From NCBI GenBank assembly GCA_021158525.1, contig JAGGUL010000038.1, forward strand, positions 1 to 62,395: a stretch of 62,395 nucleotides of DNA, written 5' to 3'. The DNA is from Candidatus Hydrothermota bacterium. GTDB lineage: Bacteria; Hydrothermota; Hydrothermia; B15-G9; DRBW01. This document shows, one piece after another, positions 14,910-24,900 of this stretch; position 1 is the first letter of the stretch; every line of letters begins with the position of its first letter. The position numbers were made by a program, and so were the translations under genes. The notes under the pieces are model-generated. The model ran no database searches, was not told the DNA's origin, and saw only the letters and a program-made list of their open reading frames with translations.

Positions 14910-17900
14910 TCACTCCTCCTTTTTCTGGCGGTATTCAAGGGGGTCGATCCCGTGTTTCTTTATCAGCCTGTAAAGCTGTTCCCTATGAATAGAGAGGATC
15001 TCAGCGGCCCGTTTTATGTTCCCCTTCGCTGCCTGCAGGGCGTTCTGTATCCTTCTTTTCTCGAGGGCGGCCTTTTCCTCTTTTAAGGAAGCGGGAAGTG
15101 TCGTGTTGAGTGTCACCCTCGGATCGAGGTCGTCTATGTCGACCATTATGCCCTTGGCAAGCAGCACCGCCCTTTCAACTATGTTCTGGAGCTCCCTTAT
15201 GTTGCCGGGCCAGGTGTATTTTATGAGGGAATCCATGGCACGTGTCGTGAATCCCTTGAGCTCCTTTCCGAAATCTTTGGCATATCCCTTGAGGAAGTGC
15301 TCTGCCAGGATGGGAATGTCCTCGGCGCGCTCCCTGAGAGGAGGTATCTCGATCTCCATATCCAGAAATCGGCGGAGCCTCGGTGATATCGATTCCTCGA
15401 CGATTTTCCCCTCCTTTGAAGTCCCGAAGATAAAGGTTACTTTCGCCTTTCTCGGGGTGGCCTCTCCCACCCTGAAGAAGGTCTCGGTCTCTATGAGGGA
15501 GGCTATCTTTTCCTGGATCTCGAGGGGCACGTTGGTCATCTCGTCGATGTAAAGGGTACCTTCGTGGGCCTCTTCCACGAGTCCCGTCTTGTCGGCCACA
15601 GCCCCGGGAAAAGCATCTTCCTTGTGGCCGAAGAGCTCCGATTCGAGGAGATGCTGGGGAAGCGTGGCCGTCTCCAGCTTTCTGAAATGCCCTTCCTTTC
15701 CGGCTTTCATGTGTATAAACCGGGCGAGGGCGGTCTTTCCGGCGCCGGCTTCTCCCTTGATGATGGCGGCCCTGAGCTTTTCCGCCCTCTTCTCGATGGA
15801 GCGGTAGATTTCCAGCATCCTGGGAGATTTTCCGATGACGATGGGGGAGGGTGTCTCGTCCAGAAGGGCCTCGCGGAGGTATATGTTCTCCTCCTCGATC
15901 CTCCTGAAGGCCAGGGTCTTGTCTATTGTGGCTCCCAGTATGTAGGCCACCGCCATCAGGAAGTCCTTCTCCTCCTCGGAGAATATATCGGATGAGACCC
16001 TGCTGTCCAGATAAATCGTTCCGATGACCTTCCCGTTTGATATGAGCGGAACGCAGAGGAGTGACCTTATCTTATTCAAAAGGACGCTCTTTGAACCGGC
16101 GAACCTGGGATCCTGCAGGGCATCCTGGGAGAAAATGGGCTTTTCCGTGAGGGTTGCCTCGCTTATCACTGTCCTGGATATTCTTCGGGCATCTTTGAGG
16201 GTATCCTTGTCCATCTGTCTCCCGGCCGCCATGACGAATTTGCCCTCGTCGGACAGGAACAGGACTCCCCTCTCGGCCCCCGTTATCTCTATTACGACGT
16301 CCAGGAGAATGTCGAAGAAGTTCTCCTTGTCGAGAAGGCTGTTGATCACCTCGCTGACCCTGTAGAGGGCCTTCAGATATTTGTCGGGCGGGGCTCCGCT
16401 CCCCACTTTCACCAGGGCTATCTTGAGGAGCCTCTCCTTGAGTTTGGAGACTTTCTCGGCAAAGGCTTTGGAACCTATGGCATTAAAGGTCTCCTGGGAC
16501 TCCTCGAGGAGGTTGAAGATATTTCTTAAGGTTTCCCTCTCGCCCTCCTTTTTCTCGAGGTGATCTATCTCCATCGAGGCCAGCTCCATTTTGGCCCTGG
16601 CCAGCTGGAATTTGGCGTCCAATTTTTCGAAAAGTTCTATGCTGTTCTCGTAATGCTTTTTGCCCTCCTCATAATCCCCATTGATCATGAGGGCTTTTGC
16701 CAGGGCTCTCTGTCCCAGGGCGAGCTCCTTCCCTCCACCATTGTCCTTGAGGAGCTCCAGGGCTTTTTCGGCGTTCTTCAGGGCCCTCTCGGCGTCGCCG
16801 AGTTTGGCGAATAGCTCCGCGAATCCGAGATAGATGTAAAAGCGAGTCTTGTTGTCCTCTATCTCCCTTCTCAGGGCGAAGGCCTTCTCAAGGAATTCCC
16901 TGGCCAGGTCGGGCTGGTCCGCATCGAGATAAACCTGTGAGAGGTTGTAGTAAAGCGATGCCAGCCATCGCGGGTCCCCATATTTCTCGAAAACGGCCAG
17001 GCTCTTCTTTAGGTAGTAGATGCTCTTCTCAAAATCGCCGAGCTCGTGGGAAAGCGTGCCGAGGTTGGCGTTTATCACCCCTATGCTGCTTTCCCACGTG
17101 TCCTGTCTCTCGTATAGCTCCAGGGCCCTCTCGTAAAGTTCCCGGGCTTTCTTGAGGTCACCCTTTTCGTAGAGGATGTTCCCCAGATCGTTGAATATCT
17201 TCGCTTCGTCGGCAGCTGAGCCAATTTTTGAGGCATAGGAAAGGGCCTCTCTCATGACCTCCTCGGCCTTGGACAGATTCCCGAATTCCCTGTAAAGGCT
17301 GCCGAGCGTGAAAAGCTCCGATATCAGGCTGTACAGGTCATAATTCTTTTTCTGCAGCTCGAGACTGATTTTAATGTGTTCCTCGGCCTCCCGAAGATTT
17401 CCTGTATCTCTCTTTATTATGCCCAGGTGATGGTGAAGCCTCTCCTCGATAACCGGGTCTCTCTTTTCCTTGACGAGCTTCAGCCCCTTTTCTGCATAAG
17501 AAAGGGCCTCTTTGAACTTTCTCTCGTAATAGTAAGAAACGCTCAGGGAGTAGTAGATCTTCTCGAACCCATACCCTCCCTTTTCCTGAGACAGCTTGGC
17601 GGCGAAGTTGAAGTAGCTTCTGGCTTTCTTGTAATCGCCCTGGCTCATATAGGCCCACCCAATCTCGTTCAACACGTCGATCTGAGCCGGCGAGTCGAGG
17701 TCAGAGAGTATTTTGTGGGCCTCCTCGAAGGAATCGAAAGCCTCCCAGATTTCCTCTCTTTTCAGGCGAAGTTTCCCTATGTGCCTCAGTACCTCGGCCT
17801 TTTTCTCGGGTTCGTCCTTATAATAGAGAAGAGCGTCCCTGTAATGTTTTAACGCCCCCTCGAAATACCCGTTTCTCTCCTCGAGCCAGGCGACTTCCAG

Positions 17901-20030
17901 GAGGAGTTCTTTTTTGTCTTCCTCTTTACCCAGTTCGTCCGCCAGGTCGAGGGCTGTGATGAAGAAATCCAGGGCTTTGGGAAGGGAGTGAAGTTCTTTG
18001 GCCCTTCTCCCCGCTCTGGTCAGGTAATAATAGGACCTGTCTTTCTCGCCGCTTTCGGTGTAATGGTAGGCCAGCGAAAAGAGGAGAGATTCGTCCCCCG
18101 TCTCGTTCAGCCTGTTCTCGAGGTATCTTGCGATTTTCTTGTGTAGTTTTCTCCTCTCCTTTTCGGGTATCCTTTCAACTATGATATCGGCCAGGATCTG
18201 GTTTTCAGGAAGGTAGGACCCCTTCTTGTCGGGTGCCACTCTGAGGTAGCCGCATGTCCTTAGCTTTTCCAGGCTCGTATGAATCTCCGGTTTCTCACCG
18301 AAAAGGCCTTCGAGAACGTCTATATCCAGCGGCTCCTTCAGCAGCGCAGAGACCTTCATTATCTCGAGTTCCAGATTTTCCAGTTTGGAGATCTTCTGTT
18401 TGAGGAGATCGTGAATTCCCTGGGGGATGTCTATTTCCTCCAGGGCCTCTTCGTCGAATTCCCAGCCGGTCTCGCCGAAAACGAGGACATCGTGCTCGTA
18501 CAGGTCATAGAGGAGCTCGGTGATGAGGTAAGGGTTTCCGCCGCTTCTCTCCCGCAGCCATTCGGCCAGTCGGGAGAGATTGGTGCCTCTTCCGAGGACT
18601 GCCTTTACTATCTGGGAGGTCTCCTTCAGTGAGAGGGGCGGAAGGACCATCTTGGTGACAAAGGGCTTCTTCTCCAGTTCGTTAAGCCAGTCGCTGAAAC
18701 CGTTTTGTGTGCTCGATGAGTAGGCCCCGGCGATAAATATAGGGTCATCGCCTATGCTGTGGACGAGATAGCGCAGGAAGGCGAGGTCGTCAGAGGATGC
18801 GAGGCTGAGGTCATCGATGATGAGGACGGTTATTTTTCTCTGTGCGTTCTCCTTTTCCCGAAGTTTCTCGATTATGCTCTCGAAAAATTTGAACTTGGCC
18901 GATTCATCGTCTGAGGTGGGGCGTTCCACGTCGCCGACGAAATCGAGAAAACTCTCCACGAGGGGCGAGGCTTTGCCCTCATAGGATTTCAGAGGGATAA
19001 ATAGCACCCTGTGCCCCTCGAGCTGGGATATGAACTTGATCTCTTCGAGGAACCTCGTTTTACCTATGCCCTGTTCGCCCTCGACGAAGAAGGATTGCCC
19101 CTTGCCCGTTTTGGCAAGCCTCATGAGGTCCTTGACGGAATCCATCAGGGATTCCCTTCCCACGAAGGGCGAAGACAGGATAAAGCCTTTTCTCGCCTCC
19201 TGAAAGCGAGTCGGAGGCTCTACGTCGAATTTGTCCACGACCATCTTCACCACCTCAAAGGCCGAATTGGGCCTGAGGGTGGGTGAGCCGTGGAGCAACT
19301 TCAGAACTATGTCCTCAAATTCCTTGGGAACCTGGGAATTGAGGTCACGGGGAGGCCTTATGTCCCTGTAAAACTGCTTCTTCAGGAGCTCCCCCATGGT
19401 CTTCGCCGTGAAGGGCTTCTGACCGGTCAGTATCTCGTAGAGGACGACCCCGAGGGAATAGAGGTCAGAACGGGGATCAGGCTTCTGGCCGGTGAAGAGT
19501 TCGGGAGCTATGTAACCGAGGGTTCCTCCCGCTGTGCCAGAGAGCTCAAGCTCGTCGGCGAAACCGAAGTCGAGCAGCTTGATTTCGTGGGAATCCTTTC
19601 CCTTCTCGATGACCAGTATGTTCTCAGGCTTTATGTCGCTGTGGATCATGCCCTTGGAATGGATGTAATCCAGCACATCGAGTATGTCGAGCATCACTCG
19701 CAGGAGGCTTGGGGAGAACCCATGAAGCACCTTGGTGATGGGAGCACCTTCCACGAACTCCATCGCCATGTAAGAGCGATCCTCGCCGAGATAGCCGAAG
19801 TCGTAGACCTTGACTATTCCGGGGTGGTTTAAGTGAATCAGTATGTTGAACTCTCTCGACAGCCTTTTTCTGAACTCGTTTCCGGGATTGGAGATCTTGA
19901 GAGCGACGACTCTGTTGTTTCTCAGGTCTTTCGCTTTGAATACGGAACCGAGCTCCCCTTCCCCCACAGGCTCCACGATCTCGTAATCGCCGATCAAGGA
20001 CCCTCTTTTTACTTTAAGGACAGAGCCCAT
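14910..20030 (-). CDS. 1706-aa multidomain regulator: Hanks Ser/Thr kinase + STAND/AAA_16 P-loop ATPase + TPR array + GAF + sigma54-interaction-type AAA+ + Fis-type HTH
   Basis: Kinase motifs VALKIS, HSDIKPENIL, DFG, GYIAPE (aa ~15-275). Walker A GEQGIGKT and LIIDDLS (aa ~320-410). TPR-like repeats aa ~640-1170. GAF (GAERGVLFLSDEG...LCVPLISNGKVIGTIYLDSR, aa ~1217-1375). EBP core GEAGAGKTALARFIH...ESELFGHKEDAFPGA...WPGNIRELQN. HTH NIKRAAEILSIHREQLYRLIKKHGI. Confidence 0.9.
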   Translation of the reverse strand: MGSVLKVKRGSLIGDYEIVEPVGEGELGSVFKAKDLRNNRVVALKISNPGNEFRKRLSREFNILIHLNHPGIVKVYDFGYLGEDRSYMAMEFVEGAPITKVLHGFSPSLLRVMLDILDVLDYIHSKGMIHSDIKPENILVIEKGKDSHEIKLLDFGFADELELSGTAGGTLGYIAPELFTGQKPDPRSDLYSLGVVLYEILTGQKPFTAKTMGELLKKQFYRDIRPPRDLNSQVPKEFEDIVLKLLHGSPTLRPNSAFEVVKMVVDKFDVEPPTRFQEARKGFILSSPFVGRESLMDSVKDLMRLAKTGKGQSFFVEGEQGIGKTRFLEEIKFISQLEGHRVLFIPLKSYEGKASPLVESFLDFVGDVERPTSDDESAKFKFFESIIEKLREKENAQRKITVLIIDDLSLASSDDLAFLRYLVHSIGDDPIFIAGAYSSSTQNGFSDWLNELEKKPFVTKMVLPPLSLKETSQIVKAVLGRGTNLSRLAEWLRERSGGNPYLITELLYDLYEHDVLVFGETGWEFDEEALEEIDIPQGIHDLLKQKISKLENLELEIMKVSALLKEPLDIDVLEGLFGEKPEIHTSLEKLRTCGYLRVAPDKKGSYLPENQILADIIVERIPEKERRKLHKKIARYLENRLNETGDESLLFSLAYHYTESGEKDRSYYYLTRAGRRAKELHSLPKALDFFITALDLADELGKEEDKKELLLEVAWLEERNGYFEGALKHYRDALLYYKDEPEKKAEVLRHIGKLRLKREEIWEAFDSFEEAHKILSDLDSPAQIDVLNEIGWAYMSQGDYKKARSYFNFAAKLSQEKGGYGFEKIYYSLSVSYYYERKFKEALSYAEKGLKLVKEKRDPVIEERLHHHLGIIKRDTGNLREAEEHIKISLELQKKNYDLYSLISELFTLGSLYREFGNLSKAEEVMREALSYASKIGSAADEAKIFNDLGNILYEKGDLKKARELYERALELYERQDTWESSIGVINANLGTLSHELGDFEKSIYYLKKSLAVFEKYGDPRWLASLYYNLSQVYLDADQPDLAREFLEKAFALRREIEDNKTRFYIYLGFAELFAKLGDAERALKNAEKALELLKDNGGGKELALGQRALAKALMINGDYEEGKKHYENSIELFEKLDAKFQLARAKMELASMEIDHLEKKEGERETLRNIFNLLEESQETFNAIGSKAFAEKVSKLKERLLKIALVKVGSGAPPDKYLKALYRVSEVINSLLDKENFFDILLDVVIEITGAERGVLFLSDEGKFVMAAGRQMDKDTLKDARRISRTVISEATLTEKPIFSQDALQDPRFAGSKSVLLNKIRSLLCVPLISNGKVIGTIYLDSRVSSDIFSEEEKDFLMAVAYILGATIDKTLAFRRIEEENIYLREALLDETPSPIVIGKSPRMLEIYRSIEKRAEKLRAAIIKGEAGAGKTALARFIHMKAGKEGHFRKLETATLPQHLLESELFGHKEDAFPGAVADKTGLVEEAHEGTLYIDEMTNVPLEIQEKIASLIETETFFRVGEATPRKAKVTFIFGTSKEGKIVEESISPRLRRFLDMEIEIPPLRERAEDIPILAEHFLKGYAKDFGKELKGFTTRAMDSLIKYTWPGNIRELQNIVERAVLLAKGIMVDIDDLDPRVTLNTTLPASLKEEKAALEKRRIQNALQAAKGNIKRAAEILSIHREQLYRLIKKHGIDPLEYRQKKEE

Positions 20031-20055
20031 AAACAGTTAACCTCCCTTCCCTCCG

Positions 20056-20925
20056 TTAAGGTTCCGGATTAACCCCAAAGGCTTTTTCCACGAATTCAAG
20101 AGGCCCAGCCACCCCGTTTTCGGTCGCTATGCCACGCACAGTCTTGTAAGGCGTTACGTCGAAGTAAGGATTCACGACCTCCAGCTCTTTCAGGGTCTTC
20201 TCGAGGACCTCATCTCTTCTTCCGCTTCGGATCCTGAAGTAATTCGTGGCCTCCTTCGGCAGGATTTTGAAGCTATCCCCTACGAAGAAAACGGGAATCC
20301 CTCGATTTTCAGCATATTCCGCCATGGGGGCCGTGCCCACTTTGTTCACTATGCCGGATTTGAGAAAGGCGTCAACGCCGAACAAAAGCGATGAAGCCTT
20401 CGTTTCTATTGCCGAAAAGATACCCATGTCTGTCGTCAAATAAGTTTTGATTCCCATTTCACTCAGCTCTCGGGCGAGTTCAAGCCCTTCTTTTTGCGGT
20501 CTCGACTCAGTGCAGTAGACCTCAAAATCTTTGCCTCTCTCCCTGGCGAGTTTAAGAACCTCCAGTACAGACGACGAAAAAGAGTGTGTCACAACGGTGT
20601 CTCCATTTTCAATCAAATTTTCGGCATTTTCAAGGCTTTTTCCCCTTGCTTTCCTGAAATCAGCCACATAATCGATTATCGCTTTCTCGATTTCTTCCCC
20701 GTCCTCCCTTTTGTCCTCGTACTGTGCCAGAAGAAAGGCACCGAAGTTGAGGATCGGAGCCATCGAAGGCTGTGCTTTCATCAGCCGCTCGGCGAATTCG
20801 GGAATTTTTGAGACGTCGCCCTCCTTCAGCAAGGCCAGAGCAGCTTTTGCACCGAGTTCTATCAAATAACTTGCGCCGTGAACGTTATCGGTTTCAATCT
20901 GCCTGAGCAAGCTTTCATATTCCAT
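20056..20925 (-). CDS. eIF-2B alpha/beta/delta-like family protein (putative sugar-phosphate isomerase)
   Basis: VVTHSFSSSVLEVLKLARERGKDFEVYCTESRPQKEGLELARELSEMGIKTYLTTDMGI...FGVDAFLKSGIVNKVGT matches the IF-2B fold pattern. 289 aa. Confidence 0.8.
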   Translation of the reverse strand: MEYESLLRQIETDNVHGASYLIELGAKAALALLKEGDVSKIPEFAERLMKAQPSMAPILNFGAFLLAQYEDKREDGEEIEKAIIDYVADFRKARGKSLENAENLIENGDTVVTHSFSSSVLEVLKLARERGKDFEVYCTESRPQKEGLELARELSEMGIKTYLTTDMGIFSAIETKASSLLFGVDAFLKSGIVNKVGTAPMAEYAENRGIPVFFVGDSFKILPKEATNYFRIRSGRRDEVLEKTLKELEVVNPYFDVTPYKTVRGIATENGVAGPLEFVEKAFGVNPEP

Positions 20926-21001
20926 CGATCCTCATTATAATAACTAATCAAGGGACGTCGCGCAAGGTGCAGGCCATAAAATCACACGGAATGAGGGGAT
21001 T

Positions 21002-21559
21002 ATGGAGTTAAAGGGCATACGTGTAAAGGGTGTACTGATGGATGAAAAAGCCATCGGTCTGGCTATCGACCGGATGGCCCTGGAAATAAAAGCCCGTCAC
21101 GAGGAGTCCAGCGACCTGCTTCTCATCGGGATAAAAACACGTGGGGTACCCATAGCGAGCAGGCTCGCCGATAAGATATCCCGATCTCTCGGCATGCGCG
21201 TCACAGTGGGGACCTTCGATATCTCCTTCTACAGGGATGACCTCTCGTTGATCTGGGAGAAGCCCATAGTCAAAGGACACGATTTTCCCGATGACATCAC
21301 GGGGAAATCCCTGGTCATAGTTGACGATGTGCTCTATACGGGGAGAACCATAATAGCTGCCATCGATGAGATCCTGGACATGGGGAGGCCTGATAAGGTG
21401 GAACTGGCTGTCCTGGTGGATCGGGGACACAGGGAATTTCCCCTTTGTCCCGACTACTGCGGGCTGAAGGTTGAGACGACGAGGAGGGAGATAATCAAGG
21501 TTCAGCTAAAGGAGGTCGACGACAGGGATGAGGTCTTGATACTGGAAAGGGAGGAGTGA
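21002..21559 (+). CDS. pyrR: PyrR bifunctional pyrimidine regulatory protein / uracil phosphoribosyltransferase
   Basis: LLLIGIKTRGVPIASRLADKI...DISFYRDDL...VIVDDVLYTGRTIIAAID...VLVDRGHRE. The start could instead be ATG 21038 (MDEKAI). Confidence 0.9.
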   Translation: MELKGIRVKGVLMDEKAIGLAIDRMALEIKARHEESSDLLLIGIKTRGVPIASRLADKISRSLGMRVTVGTFDISFYRDDLSLIWEKPIVKGHDFPDDITGKSLVIVDDVLYTGRTIIAAIDEILDMGRPDKVELAVLVDRGHREFPLCPDYCGLKVETTRREIIKVQLKEVDDRDEVLILEREE

Positions 21560-21562
21560 GGG

Positions 21563-21970
21563 ATGAAGGTATTTATCAAGGAAATTGCCCTGAAGACGTC
21601 GAGGTGGATAGAGATGGTTGACATAACTTCCCTCATAAGGGGAGCCGTCTCCGAGTCCGGAGTGAAGGAGGGGCTCTGTGTGGTGTACTCTCCCCACACA
21701 ACAGCAGCCATAACTGTAAACGAGAACGCCGATCCCTCGGTCCGACATGACATCGAGAACAAGCTCTCGGAACTCGTTCCTTATTCTGCACGCTATTCCC
21801 ACCTCGAGGGAAACGCCGATGCACACATAAAGACCACCATGGTGGGACCTTCCGAGACGCTGATCGTCACCGGCGGAGCGCTTTACCTCGGTACCTGGCA
21901 GGGCGTGTTTTTCGCAGAGTTCGATGGCCCCAGGTCGAGGCGGGTTGTCGTCAGGGTGATGGGCGACTAA
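21563..21970 (+). CDS. yjbQ: YjbQ/UPF0047 family protein (secondary thiamine-phosphate synthase-like)
   Basis: VDITSLIRGAV..GLCVVYSPHTTAAITVNENADPSVRHD...HLEGNADAHIKTTMVGPSETL...LGTWQGVFFAEFDGPR. Confidence 0.85.
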   Translation: MKVFIKEIALKTSRWIEMVDITSLIRGAVSESGVKEGLCVVYSPHTTAAITVNENADPSVRHDIENKLSELVPYSARYSHLEGNADAHIKTTMVGPSETLIVTGGALYLGTWQGVFFAEFDGPRSRRVVVRVMGD

Positions 21971-24900
21971 AAGAGGAGGTTAAGGGAGAGAGAAGCACAG
22001 CCCGGAGGCGAAGCGGGCATCGTGCTGAAGTTCGATCGCAGTGAGAGGGAGGAGTTTTTCCCCATTTTTCGAGTGATAGATATTCTTCCCTCAGCGTTGA
22101 GCCCTTCGCACAGAGGATAGAGCAGGGGAGTGGAGGGCAGCGCCTCCCTGGTGAACCCATAGATGACTTTGCCCATCGTTTTTATGTCGAAGGCCTTCAC
22201 ATTGATCTTCGTTTCTGCATAGAGGGACGATTCTGTGGTTTTGAAGGTCTTTTCTTCCTGCGATGGCAGGGGTAGCTGCTTTTCCCTGGTCCCTCCCTCG
22301 ATCCCGAGCTTAAGCCTGAGGTTCTTCAGTGGAGTGAGGCTTCTCTCGAGGAAAACGAACCTGCTCGAATTCAGGGAATAGACTTTTTGTCCCCTCATCT
22401 CCCTCGAGTTTGAATATCGGAAGCCTGCCCGGATCCGGGATGATGGGGAAAACCATAGGGTGAGGTTATCCTCGTCGGAATGCAGCTTTTGGGGGTCATC
22501 TCCGAAAACGGAGCGGGAGGTCCATCCGCTTATGCCACTGCCCGCTCCCTTCCCCAGCCACCTTGCCCAGTCCACTTCCAGGCGATAGGAGGGATTTGAC
22601 CATTTACCTGTCCTGTCTATTTGCCCCAATTCGGCAAAACCGAAATTCAAACGGGCATCCAGGGAGAGGTTTCCGGCCTTTCCGCCGTCGATTTCCAGGA
22701 AAAGGCTGTTCTCGGAGCTATACCCCGGCGAAACCTCATCGAGGATTATCGAGGTCTTCACGTAGTCTCCCTGTGGGTTCTCATAGAAGCTCGAAGTCGT
22801 GGTGTCGTAGGAAAAATTGCCCCTTCCCGGGCCCACATAGAGGTACTTCTGGACCCATCTCCTCCTCCCTGTTCTGCTGAGAGTGCTTGTCAGATCGACA
22901 TGAAACTCGTCTGAACTGTACCTCAGGGAATTCCACGACATGAAGGTAAACTCTCGCAGGGTGTCACCGGATCTCCGGGTCAGGGTCATACGGCTTTCCA
23001 GAGATAGACCGCGAGGTTTGCTCTCGCTCAGCGCCAGGGTAACCTGGTATGTTTTCTCTCCATCTCTGTCGATGTAGGTTCCCACGACGGAGGGGGAGAG
23101 TAAAAGATCTGACCTGAAGCCACCTTTAAAAAAGAGAGAGGACGTGTTGCCCTTTTCGATCTCGAAGCTAAAGAAGGGGGTCAGGATATTTCTGTAGGCG
23201 AGGGTCCCGGAGAACCTTTTCAGGCCCCTGTCCGGATTTTTCGCCCGGATGAGCTCCGTCCCGAGCGAGAGGGAGAGGCGATCGAGAGTCCAACCTAAGG
23301 AAAAGGAGCCCCTCCTCGATTCTGAAATTCCGAGAGACAATCGGCCGATGGAAACTGACGTCCTGATGCCATTATTTCCGCGGTATGACATGGAAAATCG
23401 ATCTTCGACGAATCTCGTGTAATCCCTGAAATCCACGCCCCATTTTTTCTCGAAGAGGGGCTCAGGGGCGACCAGGGGGGGCGAGAAGGTGGAATCTCGA
23501 TAGAGGGCTTCGAGCTCAAGATTCATTTCTCCGAGGCCAAGCTGGACTTTCTTTTCCAGCTTAAAGTCGTAGGATTTGCCGAAGTTATCATCGTCATCTC
23601 TCGAGGAAAAGATGTTCCTGTCGACCTCCGAGAGGTTCAGCCGAAGCAAGCTCGTGAACAGGTTCCCCTGGAGCTCGAGGCCCATTTCGTAATTGGCTTT
23701 GCTCCCGGGAACCTCTATGGCGACGAGGGGAAGATATTCTCCCTGGCCGGAGCCGAGATAGACGTATTTTCCGGCGTCGTCGTCGTAAGTGTAATTTCCC
23801 TCTCCGGGCCCGAAATAGGTGAACCTCACCCTGTAATCTCCGTTTCCCTGGCCGACGAACTGAAAGTGATCCGCCTCCTTCACGTAGTCTCCTTCTCCCT
23901 GGCCGACATATTGAGCTCCAGATACGTAGATCACCGAGCATGTGTCCCCGATCGAATCGAGGATGCAGAGGTCCTCGTCGCTGAGGTAATCCTTCAGGTA
24001 ATTTCTGTCATCGCCCGCTTCCGAATAACGGCCGAACAGCCTGAGCAGGCCCATCCGATATGTGGCTTCAAGCGCTCTGATATACCGCCTGCCGAGCTGG
24101 CCTCTGTACTGGAATTCGACGGTTATCCTGTCTCTCGAGGATATCGGACGTTTGGGGGTAAAGGTGATAGAGCCTGTTTCATAATCCACGTAATAATCTT
24201 TTTCTCTGCCCCTTTTGAGGAGAACGCCGTTGAGGTAAACCTTCTCGCTGCCGGGCACGATGTGTATGCCGCTTTCCCCGAGAAAATAGGGCCCCTGTTT
24301 GCCCGTTTCGCCGGCGAAGGTCACCGATCGGAACTTGCCCTTTTCGAATCCGTAAACCCCGCGCAGTTCATATCTGTCGGTTTTGTACCCCAGGCTTATC
24401 CCCTTTGTCTTGATGTAGTTCTCGCCCAATATATAGCCTGTATCACCCAGCCTGAGCTTGAAGCCCCCCTTTTCGGCCGAGAGGTATGTTTTGTCGATCT
24501 GACTCACCTCTTTGGTAAAATAGGGATCCTGTCCTATATCTCTGTCTTGAAGGACACCCCTCACGGAGAGCCCGCCGGGCGTGATTCCAGAAACCTCGAT
24601 GTAAGTCGACTGATCGAAGCGCACATCACTTCCCTCCGTGAGCGAGAGGGAGAGGTTTTTCGATCCTCTCAATCTGAGGCCTCCCGATTTCTTCCCTTCT
24701 GACTGGAATCGATAAGTTGAAGTGGCGGCACCCTCGTTGATGGGCTTAAAGAGCGTGAAAGATCTCGGAGACGGCACATATAGGTAGCTTACCCTGAGGG
24801 TGTCCCCGGGGGAAAGCCCTTTTAAGTAAAGGGTATCCCTCCTTACCTCGAGTTTTTCCCAGCGATTTTTGCCTTTTACGGCATTTATGCTGGATAGGAG

